From an uncultured Spirochaetaceae bacterium (lineage in GTDB: Bacteria; Spirochaetota; Spirochaetia; DSM-27196; SLST01), in NCBI GenBank assembly GCA_964599075.1, contig CAZREG010000003.1:21257-85256 (forward strand): a stretch of 64,000 nucleotides of DNA, given 5' to 3'. The notes under the pieces were generated by a model. That model was not told where the DNA came from. It worked only from the letters and a program-made list of their open reading frames with translations, and made no database searches. A program made the position numbers and the translations under genes. Positions 63,863 to 64,000 of the stretch are shown in pieces (position 1 is the first letter of the stretch; each line of letters opens with the position of its first letter).

Positions 63863-64000
63863 TGGCCTACGTCAACAAGCTGTTCAACGACAACTTTCTA
63901 GAGTACGCAAGCTACGTCATAAAGGATCGCGCCATCCCGCATCTGGACGACGGCCTGAAACCGGTGCAGCGAAGAATTATGCACAGCCTGCTGGAGATGG
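63862..64000 (+). CDS. parC: type IIA topoisomerase subunit A (ParC-like), 5' fragment running off the window
   Basis: ATG 63862 overlaps the parE stop by 1 nt. My translation [46 protein letters not shown] matches the conserved GyrA/ParC N-terminus. Confidence 0.8.
   Translation, partial: MAYVNKLFNDNFLEYASYVIKDRAIPHLDDGLKPVQRRIMHSLLEM

Noticed and set aside
1-64000. A window-wide scan for CRISPR repeats, tRNA/rRNA/tmRNA genes, IS elements, integrases and prophage or toxin-antitoxin pairs.
   Set aside because: No spaced direct repeats were seen, and no transposase- or integrase-like ORF was found. All intergenic gaps are 124 nt or shorter, so there is no room for structured RNA genes other than very small ones, and I saw no conserved RNA motif.

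Overview
GC-rich, tightly packed chromosomal segment with about 57 protein genes, many with 1-17 nt stop/start overlaps. I found no rRNA, tRNA, CRISPR array, transposase or integrase. All family calls rest on motifs I could read in the translations; no database search was run. Housekeeping content: a NatAB-like ABC exporter, an Amidase_3 amidase, class II fba, mnmA, an OmpR/HK pair followed by htrA, dusA, pcnB, an RluA-family synthase, prfB with its +1 frameshift, cheY-like, ftsY, lolC-lolD-lolE, serS and parE/parC. A complete six-gene mevalonate operon (mvaS-fni-mvaA-mvaD-pmk-mvk) has the gene order I recall from Borrelia. Together with the Bat-like genes this suggests a spirochaete-like diderm, but that is inference only. 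The least explained block is 18-34 kb. It holds two paralogous MoxR AAA+/DUF58 modules on the minus strand flanking an orphan J-domain gene. The larger module is a seven-gene, translationally coupled operon: three uncharacterised envelope proteins, MoxR, DUF58, a BatA-N/vWA protein and a 934-aa double-vWA protein. It is my best candidate for an undescribed system. Other notable items are an rnfC-D-E-A cluster without rnfG or rnfB and with a degenerate RnfC flavin motif, and mcsA-mcsB-clpC without ctsR and with substituted McsB kinase motifs. There is also a P-loop/Asp23 fusion protein, a GH57 protein that seems to lack its proton donor, and terminators embedded in convergent coding regions.
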